64,000 nt of DNA, from assembly GCA_010405405.1 (NCBI GenBank), contig MU004236.1, positions 855,457-919,456 on the forward strand. The letters are read 5' to 3'. Below the pieces are notes generated by a model, which was not told where the DNA came from, searched no databases, and worked only from the letters and a program-made list of their open reading frames with translations. This stretch comes from Microthyrium microscopicum (Eukaryota). Position 1 is the stretch's first letter, and each line of letters opens with the position of its first letter. Both the position numbers and the translations under genes were made by a program. Shown here in pieces: positions 1 through 11,486 of the stretch.

Positions 1-2242
1 GCGAGCTTCTAGCTCTCCGCCTCCGGACTGCCACGCCATTGGCATCGACCACACCCTCCTCACCATGCATTGCCTCAAGCGCCTCACGCATGCGTCTGCG
101 TCGTCGTCTGCCGCCTTGCGATGCCTCTTCGCCTAACATCATAAACTCTGCCCATTTGCGCTCTAGTCTGCGAGCGCGATCGAAATCGCACGCATGTACG
201 CGTTTAGAGTGCTCATTTATGGTAGGCTGCCAAGTATAAAATGCCTTTAAGGAAATGACCTCGTGGCAATACGTTGGCCTCGCCTTCTCGGCCGGCGCTT
301 TGGAGGATATATCGGCGAGCGTACCGGCAGAGAAGCCCGTCGTCAACGAGTCCGCGATGTTCGTGGAGCTGAAGCTTGCAGAGGCTGGGTTTAAGAGGAT
401 ATGGCTTGGTGGGCGAATGACTTCGGCATTGCGAGAGAGGACTTCGCGGACGCCCATCCATGTGACGTTCGGGCAGTCGTATACAACCATTCGTAAGCCG
501 ATGTGCACGTCTTGCGCTACTCCTCGTTTACCAACGACCTTTTTGGCGGCTTGACGATTGCGTTCGCGGACGGCGGCGGCTGCTTCGATGAGGCAGAGGT
601 CGGATATTCGGGTGTTGTCCATGTCGATGCGCTCGAGATGTCGGCAGGCTCTAATCAGCGGAACCATTCCAGCATCGGTTAGAGCTTCACAGTAGGATAT
701 GCTTAGATGTTTGAGAATGTTTGCGGCAGGTGATGTTGCTATGGCACTAAGTGTTGCGTTTGTGATATTCTCTAGCTCTTCAAGATCTAGATGTGTAAGA
801 CGTGGAAATGTTGGTAATATCTTGGTTAAGCTGGCATCGGTGATCCATGTTGCTGGAAGAGTATTTGGCTGATTGCACTTGGCTAAGTGAAGACCTTCAA
901 GATCGGGAATATTGTGTGCCAACAATTGGATGCTGGCATCTGTGAGTTGGCGACATCTAGTAAAATCAAGATGTTTGAATTTTCGGGGTGGACAGATGAT
1001 TCGGCCTGTATCCCAGTCCTTTTCTCCATTCACGCCGACGATGAGTGCGGATAGCGCCTGATCTGTAAAGGCGTCGCAGTTTGTGAGAGCTAAGCGTTCA
1101 AGAGAGTTCCGTTCGAAGAGCTCTAAACAGAAGGCAACGTCGTCCCAGCCACGCACTTCTCCAGCTCGCAGATCTTTAAGGTTCGGACAGCCTTCAACTA
1201 CCTTTCTTATTCCTCGAGTGTCGACATTTTGGCACCAAGTGACATTCAAAAGCTCCAGCTTCGGACAATTCTGACCGATTATCTTCAAAGCGGCGTTTGT
1301 AACAGCTGGTAGACCAGAAACGTTAATGTGAACCAGGCGCGAGTTCTGTAGAAGAAAGCTGTGCACCGATGCCCGATCAATCAAGCAGCCTTCCAAAGAA
1401 AAGTTTTCCAGATTTCCGCAAGCTTCGATGAGGCCTTTCAGTGTCCACTTCTCGCGTAGCTGTACACATCCTCGCAGGTTTAGATCACGTACGAAGGGGC
1501 CAGCATTTGAGATGATTTTCACCAAAGCATCGGCCGGAATATCACGGTAATACTCCGAGGCGTCCAGCCTGCTCCACAGTTGGCCATCGAAGCAGAAATC
1601 GTACCAGATCTTGGAAACGCGGGATGAGCGCACGACTTCGCGTGGGGTAAGGAAACTTAGGACCTGTATGCGGATCTCTGAGGGCATATCATTCCAGAAA
1701 TTAAAGTTCTTTCTCCTGGGGAGGTCTTGCACCTCGTCAGCCGTTCCCGCACATGAGAAGTAGTCTTCTTCTGCAATTGTACCCTCAGACAGACCCGGAG
1801 AAACCGGATGAACTCCAAAAGGGAGGCCGACATTTGAAGACAAGTTTCTTTCCAGTGTTCTGGCGCGAGGTCTCAGATCGAAGGTAGGTGTCGCTGGACC
1901 CGGGCTGTTTGCAGCCGAAGTTGGAGCTGTTGAGAACTGCTGAGAGAGCTCAGAGTTTAGAGAGGAGCTGGACATGGGATCGTATGAAGAATGGAGAGAA
2001 ACGCAGGACATTGAAGCTCGACTGCTAGATTTGTATGGCCTCATCTTTGCCAACGAAGGAGATGACGATATTCTGTGTAATCCTAAAAACATGCGTTTGC
2101 GTCCCTTGCTTTTCTTCGTGTTTGGTGCCATTTCGTTAGGAGAGATGGGCTCTGTTGGCGAGCTGGGCCCCGTGGTGGCCATTGTGGGCCGGTCCAAGGG
2201 AGCTTGAGCAATTGCATCGATTGAGGGTTGTTCGGTATCCAT
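1..2242 (-). CDS. F-box / leucine-rich-repeat protein (SCF substrate adaptor); 3' end lies beyond the window
   Basis: Manual translation from ATG at 2242: MDTEQPSIDAIAQAPL...KKSKGRKRMFLGLHRISSSPSL, then the F-box FWNDMPSEIRIQVLSFLTPREVVRSSRVSKIWYDFCFDGQLW, then cysteine-containing LRRs (RDLNLRGCVQL). It is absent from the ORF track, probably because no stop falls in the window. Probable 5'-UTR intron 2296-2364 (GTAAGC...CTACAG). Confidence 0.88.
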   Translation of the reverse strand, partial: MDTEQPSIDAIAQAPLDRPTMATTGPSSPTEPISPNEMAPNTKKSKGRKRMFLGLHRISSSPSLAKMRPYKSSSRASMSCVSLHSSYDPMSSSSLNSELSQQFSTAPTSAANSPGPATPTFDLRPRARTLERNLSSNVGLPFGVHPVSPGLSEGTIAEEDYFSCAGTADEVQDLPRRKNFNFWNDMPSEIRIQVLSFLTPREVVRSSRVSKIWYDFCFDGQLWSRLDASEYYRDIPADALVKIISNAGPFVRDLNLRGCVQLREKWTLKGLIEACGNLENFSLEGCLIDRASVHSFLLQNSRLVHINVSGLPAVTNAALKIIGQNCPKLELLNVTWCQNVDTRGIRKVVEGCPNLKDLRAGEVRGWDDVAFCLELFERNSLERLALTNCDAFTDQALSALIVGVNGEKDWDTGRIICPPRKFKHLDFTRCRQLTDASIQLLAHNIPDLEGLHLAKCNQPNTLPATWITDASLTKILPTFPRLTHLDLEELENITNATLSAIATSPAANILKHLSISYCEALTDAGMVPLIRACRHLERIDMDNTRISDLCLIEAAAAVRERNRQAAKKVVGKRGVAQDVHIGLRMVVYDCPNVTWMGVREVLSRNAEVIRPPSHILLNPASASFSSTNIADSLTTGFSAGTLADISSKAPAEKARPTYCHEVISLKAFYTWQPTINEHSKRVHACDFDRARRLERKWAEFMMLGEEASQGGRRRRRRMREALEAMHGEEGVVDANGVAVRRRRARSS

Positions 2243-4063
2243 TGTTGGAGATCTTGGTGGTTGCCGAAGACCACTGTGGTTGGGCTTGTACAAGGCTGTA
2301 GGCAAGAATTGGTGATTTGGTCAAGGAGCACAAAAAGTGACCGAGAGGGTGAATCTAAGCTTACATTCGCTGCTGGCGAAAGGTTGAAGCTGAGATAATA
2401 GTGAAATCTATTGCGTAGGTGGAGTCGGCGTTTGGTGGTTGGGACGGTGAGTGGTTAGCCGTCCTTTGGCTTGCTTGACTCGGGTTTAGGAGATGATCAG
2501 CACTGAAGCGTGGAGCAGTGGGCGAGGAGTGAATATGGTTATATTTGGGACGCCAACATAGATTGTATAATATGGCAGCACAAAAACAGAAGATCAAGAT
2601 GGGAGGAGGGTGTCAGAGGATCAAGTGGTCAGTCAAGATGGATCAGAGTGTAGGGAGTGTAGATAGTAGAGATGTCAAGAACAAAGACAATTGCCGGGGC
2701 AGAAAGACGGACCAGCCAGCTTGAGCCTTGAGCAGTAGGAAGGGCGGTTATGCATGAAGGTACATTGGGCTAGAGACGTCGAATTGCCGACTTGCATCCA
2801 GACGAAGTACCTAGATACCGTCTAGCCCCGGCAGAGTTACTTGGGAATTGGGATGCAAAGGAGGGTGAAGCCAAAAGCAAAAGACGACGCACGCGATGAG
2901 GGGTTCAATCGTATGAGGTGGGGGCCCGCTCTATCCCTCCCAACTCCCAACTCGATAAGTGCGAATAGCAAACTCTCAGATGATGAGTAGAACATGTTTT
3001 GGATGCACCTGTCTGCTTCCTCTTCGTACCACTGAATACCCGCCAAAAGATGGCCGGATCATCCATGATAGAACTGATACAGTACGACCAGAATCAACTG
3101 TCGTAATCAGCTGTCATCCGAAGTCCTACACACGATCTTTCGGCATCGCTATCCGATAGAACCCTACAACTCCCTGTCTACAAACGTCGAGATAAGATCC
3201 AAGACATGTAATCATCCTCCCAACTCAGTCCTGGGCAGCTGTCCAGAGCATATGATCACGCCCACCAGACTGGTCTCGCCCTCCTAACGCACTCTTCAAC
3301 AACCCAAGGGTTTGGTATTCCGTCAAGAGTCTAAAGACGGAGAGTTCCTTCATATTGTTCTCCGAGGCTCCAAAAAATTAAGAGCTCAAGCCTGGACCCT
3401 GCATGATATGCAACTTCAAGGTCTAGCCAAAACGACCAACCGGACCTGGCCATGATGCTTAGAGTCTTAACAGAAGCGCCATTTTCGGATTGGTTGAGGA
3501 AGTGTGCTGATCTCTGTGATAAGTCGCGGTGTGGTCTGGTCAGGTCCACTCTGATACATCTTTGCCTCTCCAAAAAGCACTACCTTTTACCAGAGGTACT
3601 TTCGAATCCACTATGCTGCATCCGATGCTACCTAAACACAGTAGTAGTTGGCTTGGGTTTCATTATTATACCTATGCTTGTCGCTTATACTTGTACAGTT
3701 TAGAAGTATATTTACGAATAATAAGCTATTGCTAGTCAACTACCTCAGAGTAGTATAAATTACTAGTACTCGCAGTTCCACGTTCTAATGCGATCGAAGT
3801 CAGAGTTCTTATCCCTGCCAATTGATGCGAACTGAACCGATATCAAATACAGTTTCTTAAACCATAATACCTGTGATCCATAGCAAAACTAAGAAGAGCT
3901 GTTGTAAGCACTACTCTAGAGTAGTCTATAGAACATCCCCTCAACTTTGCACATTTCTATATCAAGACATACACCGTTCGCTGAACCATCTCGTTAATGA
4001 CAATGCATCAAAATCTTCCATATCTTCTTCTGTAGCTCCGATCCTTTGGATCCTATAATCGCT

Positions 4064-4965
4064 TTACTTGTTCTTTTTCTGAGGGAGGCCAGCAGCCTGC
4101 TCCAAGCCTTGTAGAATCTGCGACCCAAAAGAATAAGTCAAATATGCAGGAAGCGCAATCCAAAGACCACTAAACCACCACATTAGCACATATCTCGATA
4201 CACAAATCAGTAAACTCACTTTGGGAAAATCCACAGCGAAAAGATCGTCCACCAATCATGCTGTCTCAGACTCACCCACTCCCCAAAATGCGTAACAAAC
4301 ACTATCACAATTAGCTTCGCCCTCCCACTCTACTCACGATATGACATACCATAAAGCACCGTCTTACTCAATGTCATAATAAACCCAGCAAAGCCAACCA
4401 ACGTCGCAATCCCCGCCTCCCGTCCCACAACCTTCCTGCCGCCCACCACACTCTTCACTCCCTTAACATCCTTTCCATCAGTTGCTGGCCGTCCGTAGGC
4501 ATATATAATCCACAAGTATGCCAAATATACACTTGTCTCAATCAAATTCAGCGTCCCCTGCGCAGAAGTAAACCCATCCTTGCGCTCCCACGCAGCTGGC
4601 GCATACAAGTCATCAATGTGCACATAAATCGCATACGGTGAAAAAGGCGCGTGCCATTTTCCGCCAGGGAAGGTATGTGGGCGGCCGAGAACGAAGCCCG
4701 TGTCCCAAAGGACGAGGGGGAGGGAGATGGCGAGCCAGACGAACGTTAGCGGGGTGGCGGTGTGCGTCCAGGCATTTGTTGAGCGACGCGCGCTGGGGCG
4801 GGCGAGGGCGGTGGACTCGTTGGTGTCGGTGTTGGGGGATTCAGAGCGTTTGCTTGGGCGCGAAGCTTTGGTGGGTGAGGTAGATGATGATGAAGCGGAT
4901 GTGGATTTTGTCGGTGAGAGATCAGGGGCCGGGAAGGTTTTTGGGTGGTTGCGCGTTGAGACCAT
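4064..4965 (-). CDS. EXPERA / emopamil-binding-protein-like ER membrane protein
   Basis: ORF 4330-4965 plus introns 4302-4349 (GTATGT..GCTAAT..TAG) and 4170-4219 (GTAAGT-like GTGAGT..GCTAAT..TAG). The spliced product has WDTGFVLGRP, FTSAQGTLNLIE, MTLSKTVLY and WIFPNGLWIALP, several TM helices, and a C-terminal KKNK dilysine ER-retrieval signal. Confidence 0.75.
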
Positions 4966-6941
4966 TTTGGCGTAGGTTTTGATGGTTTTCGTTAGGTGAG
5001 GATGGGACGCGATGATGGAGAGAGGAGGATTGTTGGGGGCGTTTGGTGTTGATGTTTTTGTTGTTGATGGTTGGTGTATGATACGTCATCCAATGAGAGA
5101 GGCGAGATGGTGCGGAGCGCGTTTTAGTCTCATCACGTTGCAGACTTGCAGTGTGGGCGACTCGGGTTGATGCAAGATGTGTCCTCAGTTTATGTTCTTC
5201 CTCGAAGATCGTCTCGAGTCGGGAAACGAGATGTCGATGGAGAGATTCCAAGCTTTAGCTTCCGAGGCTTTCCCCTCATGTCTTGGAAGCTGGTCCGTGG
5301 CGGATCTGAGCATTTTGAAGCTGCGATACCCTTGCTTCGGCTTCATACATTGTATTGTCCGCTCCAGCCTCCATTGAAGCTCCGTGGTAAACACAAATCT
5401 CCATCCGCATTTGAATTTGCAGGCTACACAAGGACAGACATGCTGAAATGATTGACAATTGCATTTATTATGACTGCATGTGGAAGAACTTGAAATCCTC
5501 GGGCCGAGAGATGTGGTTCAGCTAAGCAGCTGGTCTCTCGGTCCCTAAGTGAGTGTCCGGGGAATCTCAATGTTTTCTTACTTTTAGCATCTGAATGGCA
5601 TCGACCTGTTTATTATGAGATAGAGGTAGTACCAATAACAGACGGGATACTCGAGAGTGTACTACTAGGCGAGATAGAGTACTAGAGTAGTACTGTGACA
5701 GGAGTTCCCATCCAAGTATTCAATCACGATTCACTCGTGAAATCAAAGCATACGGTATACGGCGTTGAATATGAATCTTCCATTGTACGCTAACAAAACA
5801 AGAGGTTCAGAGATCAGTATTTCATCTAGAAACGAGCCTGGGCATTTGGTAGTGAGTAGTACAAAGGTACTTGAGACACGAGGACAAGCAGACAGGTGGC
5901 CAGATCAACATCAGTCGTACAAGTCGAAAAGCTACACAGGTAGAAGTACAGCTTCATAAAAGGACTAGGCACGAGGCCAGATTATCAGGAATCTTCTCTG
6001 GATGGAATCTAGAAGAGCAAAAGCGTTGGCCAAAAAGACCAAGGCTTGTCTTGCCCTGGCTGCGGATCACTTGGTGATTCTTTATGTCTTGCATCAAGCG
6101 ACATGCGCACACCAATGTCACACTTTTGAGTTGAAGCTGCCGGTTTTCAGGTTGCCTTGATTCATGGCTATGATGCTGAAAGCGCTATGTATGTTGAAGT
6201 GAAACCAAGCGATGTATGATTAGATTCTTGGAGGTTGGTATTGATGTAGGTACATCGTAGTATGTATTATCACTTTATCAACATTAAAAAGGATCAGCAC
6301 GGGAGCGATAACCAGCCAGGAAGCTGGAGGAAAAGAGCGTCAACGTGGGAGCTCAGTCCTCAGGATTTCAAGGCCTGCAGGGGGGGCGTTGGGCTCCTGC
6401 CGTGCCTGCCTCAACCAACTTCAAAGCCGCAATGGAACTTGGTCTTGGCACTGGTGACAAACTCCCTAAACCAACAACTCTGTCGTCTTCCATCACCATC
6501 CTAACATTGTCCGAAACACCTACTATCATGTCGAATTCTGCTTCTTTTGTGCTATCACATCACTTATCCATATTCTCACTTGACTGCGCGTCTTTGGTCC
6601 CCATTCCATGCGCATCCACTCTTCTCCGCCCTCTGACCGCTGCTTCCAAGCTCCTCTGATGACTTCAGAGCTGATTCTACAACTTCTTCCACCGCCTACA
6701 TACAACTACACAACTGCAAATCCAATTCAACCCTTCTCCTCTTGAGCTGGTGCTACTCTAGTGCAGAGGGGAATCCAATCTGCCCTTGCTCTTACTTCAC
6801 TCCACGCGCCTGGATGTTCTTACGCTGCCGTCATCGCTACATTCACCATACATGAACCTTTAACTAAGCCTTTTCGAGTAACCGTTTCGTACGCGATTAT
6901 CCGGATATAAAATCCCCAATCTTGGGGACATCACCGTCCTC

Positions 6942-9900
6942 ATGGTCATGCAGACGTTGCGCAATCAAATCCGGCCGAAGCATCAGGTCCTTGTCCTGAA
7001 ATGCTATCCGCGCCATCAAAAGAACAATGTTGAACTCAAGCCCAATTCTAGCGAACTCAGCTACCTTCTCTATTATGCCAGCACGCGCCGCAGTAAATTG
7101 CAGAAGGTGGCTGATTTTCTAGACAAACGGGTCATCAGCGATGTCTGGAACGTTCGTATTGGGTAGGTACCTCTTCTAAGCCATTACCGTTTAGCCTAAC
7201 AATACTGTAGCAAAGTTTCTGTAACTTTACAGATTTTAAGGGCGCTTATCGAAAAATGTCCTCGAGACCTTCCTCTGTACGCGGCTGCAACCCTTCGAAT
7301 CTTCAAGACAATCTTAAACTCTCTCGATGTGACAATGATTGAAGAAAGTGTCCCAACCTGGGCAGCGTTTTGTGCACATCAAGATCCTGCAGTTTTGGCA
7401 GCTGATCAAGATTACATTCGCCAATACGAAGAGATTGTCCGCTTGTACGCCTCTTTTGCTTCGAAAGACACCCCAGTTCAGCATAAAAGCGCCAAATCAC
7501 TTCCGGTTCGAATGCGATTTAGAAAGGCTGGGTTGAGTGCAATAAGAGCGCTTGCTGAATCAGACTCTCTTGCAACAGAAACCAGCCGACAACTTTCTGT
7601 CATAGTCCCCGTAATACTAGAGAACATTTACGCCGATCAAGGCCATTATCTGACCACTTTGGAGCATAAAGAAGAAGAGAAACATGAGACGGAAAAGGAG
7701 CTTGTTCTGCGACGTAGAATGAGCACTGTTGTTCCTCAAAAGAATGAAAGCACACCCGATCCTGTGGCCGCTTCAGGATCCCTTGAGGCGGCTGACAGAC
7801 TCGCCGAGCAAGAAATTGCCGTCATTGCTTTACAAGCTCTGAAGAAAACCTTTGCTGTAGTGCCCAGGAGCCAACTACGCTTAGCCACCATTGAGGTCTT
7901 GAAGTTTATGGGACAGAGGATCGATCCGCAACAGCACTTTCCGGCCGCAACCGTAATCCCTCTGCAGTCAGGTAGCTGGCCGTGCATGCTATTTGGTATG
8001 ATATGTGGCTGGGCACCTGTTCAAGATCGACATGTTATTCTTGTCACTGCAGTTGAGCAACTTACCAACTCAGAGGCAAGGCACCTCCGAGAAGAGGATT
8101 ATGAACGACAATACATCCTTGCTACTATCACTGGATGGCTTCTGAGCTCTGATGTCAATTTCATTGGCCTTAGTGTCATGGATGTTCTCGTTGGACTGAT
8201 CAAACATATTCTGGCTCTGCTCGAAACGCCCTCGAAGATTGTCAGCACGGAAAAAGATAACAATGGGAATGGTGCCGACATGGACACCGAAAAGTATGCT
8301 TCTCCCGACGAAGAGCATAAAGAGTTTGAAGGATCGTACCCAGCTCATGCATCCAAAATTCAGCTGATTTCGCAGTTGAGTCGATGTATCGGTTGTTTAG
8401 CTGTCCATGTCTACTATTCTGACCAAATTTCTGACATGATATCTGCGATACTGGTCAAAATCAAACCTGCTGAACAAGTCTTTGTTGCAGCAACGTTGAC
8501 CGAAGGCACCCAGGTCAATGGTGGAACAAGCGTGAATAGCTTGACAGAGAAACGACCTGGCGATGGCTACTTTTCATACGACAAAGCTCGACTCGCAGCA
8601 TTGAGGGCAATCAAAGAGATCATCATCTGGGCAAATTGGACTCGTCCTGACGGAGTTTCCAACTCCAGCTCCCGTAATCCGATTCCCATTGAGCGATGGG
8701 ACGGTAGTCATTGGCTTTTGCGAGAAAGTTGCTGGGAAGTGAGAGTTGCATATGTTGATGTTCTCCTGACTTGGATGCAGCATGAGCTGAAAAAGGGCGA
8801 TTTACGAGTCAAGGAAGATACCACACGCCGGCCTATATCTGTCAAACCAGAGAGGAAGGATATGTCACAGAAAGAGGCAAATCTGGCTAGACGGGCAGTT
8901 TCCAATGCCTCTCAGCGGGAAATGTCACCACATCGATCCAAGTCTACCTTCTTACCACTTATTCACCTTGCCATTTATGATAATGCGCACCAATTTGCGC
9001 CATCAGAACGGGATATCTTGCTTTTGCACCTTCTTCTAACAAATATGGTGGCCAGACTGGGCGTTAATGGCCTTCAACATGGATTACCAATGATCCGACG
9101 CCTCCAAGAAGACATATCAGATTTTGATGATGTTGAAAGCCAGATTCACATCGCCAGCTTAGTCCATGGCTATCTATGGGCTGTTAGTGTTTATTTTCAC
9201 TTTGATGCTTCAGCCACTGGTAGACAAGTTGCTTTGGACATTTCGCAGCGTATGAAAAATGAAACTTGGCTTCATGGAATACGAATGCCACCAATGCCGA
9301 TCGAAGAAGTTGTCCAACGCAGTGCTTCTACAGCATTAGACCGAAGTCCAGAGGCTCCACAAGACGTTCAAATATCACCCTTCGATAAGTTCGAAGTCCT
9401 CGTTGATAAAGTTGCAGAAGGCTATGAAGCCTCACTGTACTCACCTCCAACGTCACCACCTACATCTCCAAGTCGTAAATTCTCAACGCCGGTGCTAGAA
9501 CAGGCAACGATGGGCCCACCTGCAAGAAGGTTTCCGAACCAGCTTCCTGCAACAGTCCGCGAATTCATGGGCGGTGATTGGACAAGGGAAGCTGTGATTG
9601 CTGCTACTGCTAGGACAAACGATTCCCATTCCGGTTCGTTATCTGGTAGTCCAACAGCGAACGGATCTGGCAAGCATCTAACAGTGAACCCTACTCTTCC
9701 AACGACGTCAAACGGTGATATGACATCTCCCCGCCGCTCGCATGCACATACGAATCTTCATGTACCTCATTCTCGTTCTGGTAGACCCAGTTCTGGTTAT
9801 CACAGCTTCAGAGATCCTCAGCGACCGTTATCTTTTAGAGAAGGCTTTCATGTTAACGCAGCTATGCACCCCCGCAGTCGTCGAGGTAGCCAAAGCGGTA

Positions 9901-10655
9901 CACCTCTTACAACTTCTAGCTCAGTTCGTAGCTCGATCAGAGTGGAAGATTTGAAACGGGTTCTCAGTGGTCAAGTACCTCTGGGAACATCCTCGCTCAC
10001 GCGGCGACAAGACGATGCTGAGAGAGAAGATTCTGCCAGCGAGAGCATGATGAGCTATGAAGGTTCAGAAATCTCCAATGTTCAAGTAGATGACGATTAC
10101 GCACCGATAGCACACAACTCTAGTGGAGGTCTCACAGTCAGACATGGTCGAGCAGATTCGGAGTCATCTGCCAAAGATTTTCATACTGAAGGCTCAGTAA
10201 CACCTAGACCGTTGACATCAAACTCAACCCTCTCGCCTCCATCCTCTTCCCGGCGGTCTAGCATCTCGCCAGAACCTGAGGTTTCTGAGATACCCCCAGT
10301 ACCTCCACTACCAGAATCCTATGCTTCCATGTCACCACCTAGGACTTCTTCTTCTTCTCTCCGACCAAACTCACCACCTCGTGGAATAGCCATCACCAAC
10401 ACCATCAATGCAAGCGGCCGCCCAGCAAGTAAGGCAGAGAGCATAAAATCCCTCAATGTCAGACAGTCATTACGCCGAAGTATTAGTACGCGCGACGGCC
10501 AGCAATCGACTTGGAAACAGAGCGGCAACCATGACATTGGCAAGCACACATGGAGTGCTATGGATCTCCTGGACAGCATCGAATCTGATGGCATCGGTCC
10601 AGTACCCGGCACTGGAAATGGCCGCGTTGGTGGTGCATTGAAGCCGCCATACTAA
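6942..10655 (+). CDS. EFR3: Protein EFR3 (plasma-membrane scaffold of the PI4-kinase complex)
   Basis: N-terminus RPKHQVLVLKCYP...PNSSELSYLLYYASTRRSKLQKV is typical of EFR3. Intron 7163-7210 joins in frame to the 1108-aa ORF, which contains LAVHVYYSDQISDMI and a Ser/Pro-rich tail with VEDLKRVL. Confidence 0.93.
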
Positions 10656-11486
10656 ACATGACACCTATCCTCTGAGGACCAATAATTGTTTCATTGGAGT
10701 TATGAGAGCCCAACTTGTGGCAACTGGGAGGAATATGTTGATGGATTTTACAAACTACACTGCCTACGGGCCTGCTATTACACACCTATTTTCTTTTCTT
10801 CATTATTTTCTTCTGTTTGGCTTGGCCGTGGGGATATTCCGGAAAGCCTGGGTGCTTGCATCAAAAGTAGCCTTTTTGAAATAGTCTTTGTATTGTTAAC
10901 TACTACCTACTAGTATTAGTTGTTTTGGCGGGCAAGAAGTGTGTCTGAAGGGAGGGTTTGTATATACTTTAGGCTGTAAAATGCCTAAACCATTACCGCC
11001 TTGTGTTTGACCTTCGTAGTATTTTATGTGATAGAGCTTTTGAGTGATGCCTGGTATATGAAAATATCAATATTGATGTTAGAAGCTTGTGCATTTTCTT
11101 TACGATGAGACATTCAGAGATTTTGATATATGTGACGATAGACTCGGGGAAGGGGAAGCGTCGGCTAGCACGGTGCGGGTAGTGGTCATCGAAGCTTCCC
11201 GGATATGACCCTGGCAATAAATTTTCAACTGTTTTGTCTCCTTCGACTCCATTTTTTGAGGACTTCTGTCTGGCTCACACTGAATCTCCTCTTCTTCACT
11301 TCCTCCTCTCTTATCCCTCTACCACTCTTCTACCCTTGAGCGCTATTGCAATTGCTCATTGCTTTATAATTTCATTTGTCCCGCTGTGCACACTGTTTCA
11401 ACCTTTTCATTTGCATTGTTGCCCCTGTACATACTCCTCCGCAAGCTCATTGTCACTCCTTATTCCACGCAAGCTTACATCTCACC

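Noticed and set aside
2975..3080. C/D-box snoRNA-like motifs (ATGATGA...CTGA...CTGA)
   Set aside because: No terminal stem, and only an imperfect, bulged resemblance to an rRNA target.
3590..3935. TpA-rich patches (also 5630-5960) suggesting RIP-mutated repeat relics
   Set aside because: Short, with no transposon homology or terminal repeats visible. RIP indices could not be computed.
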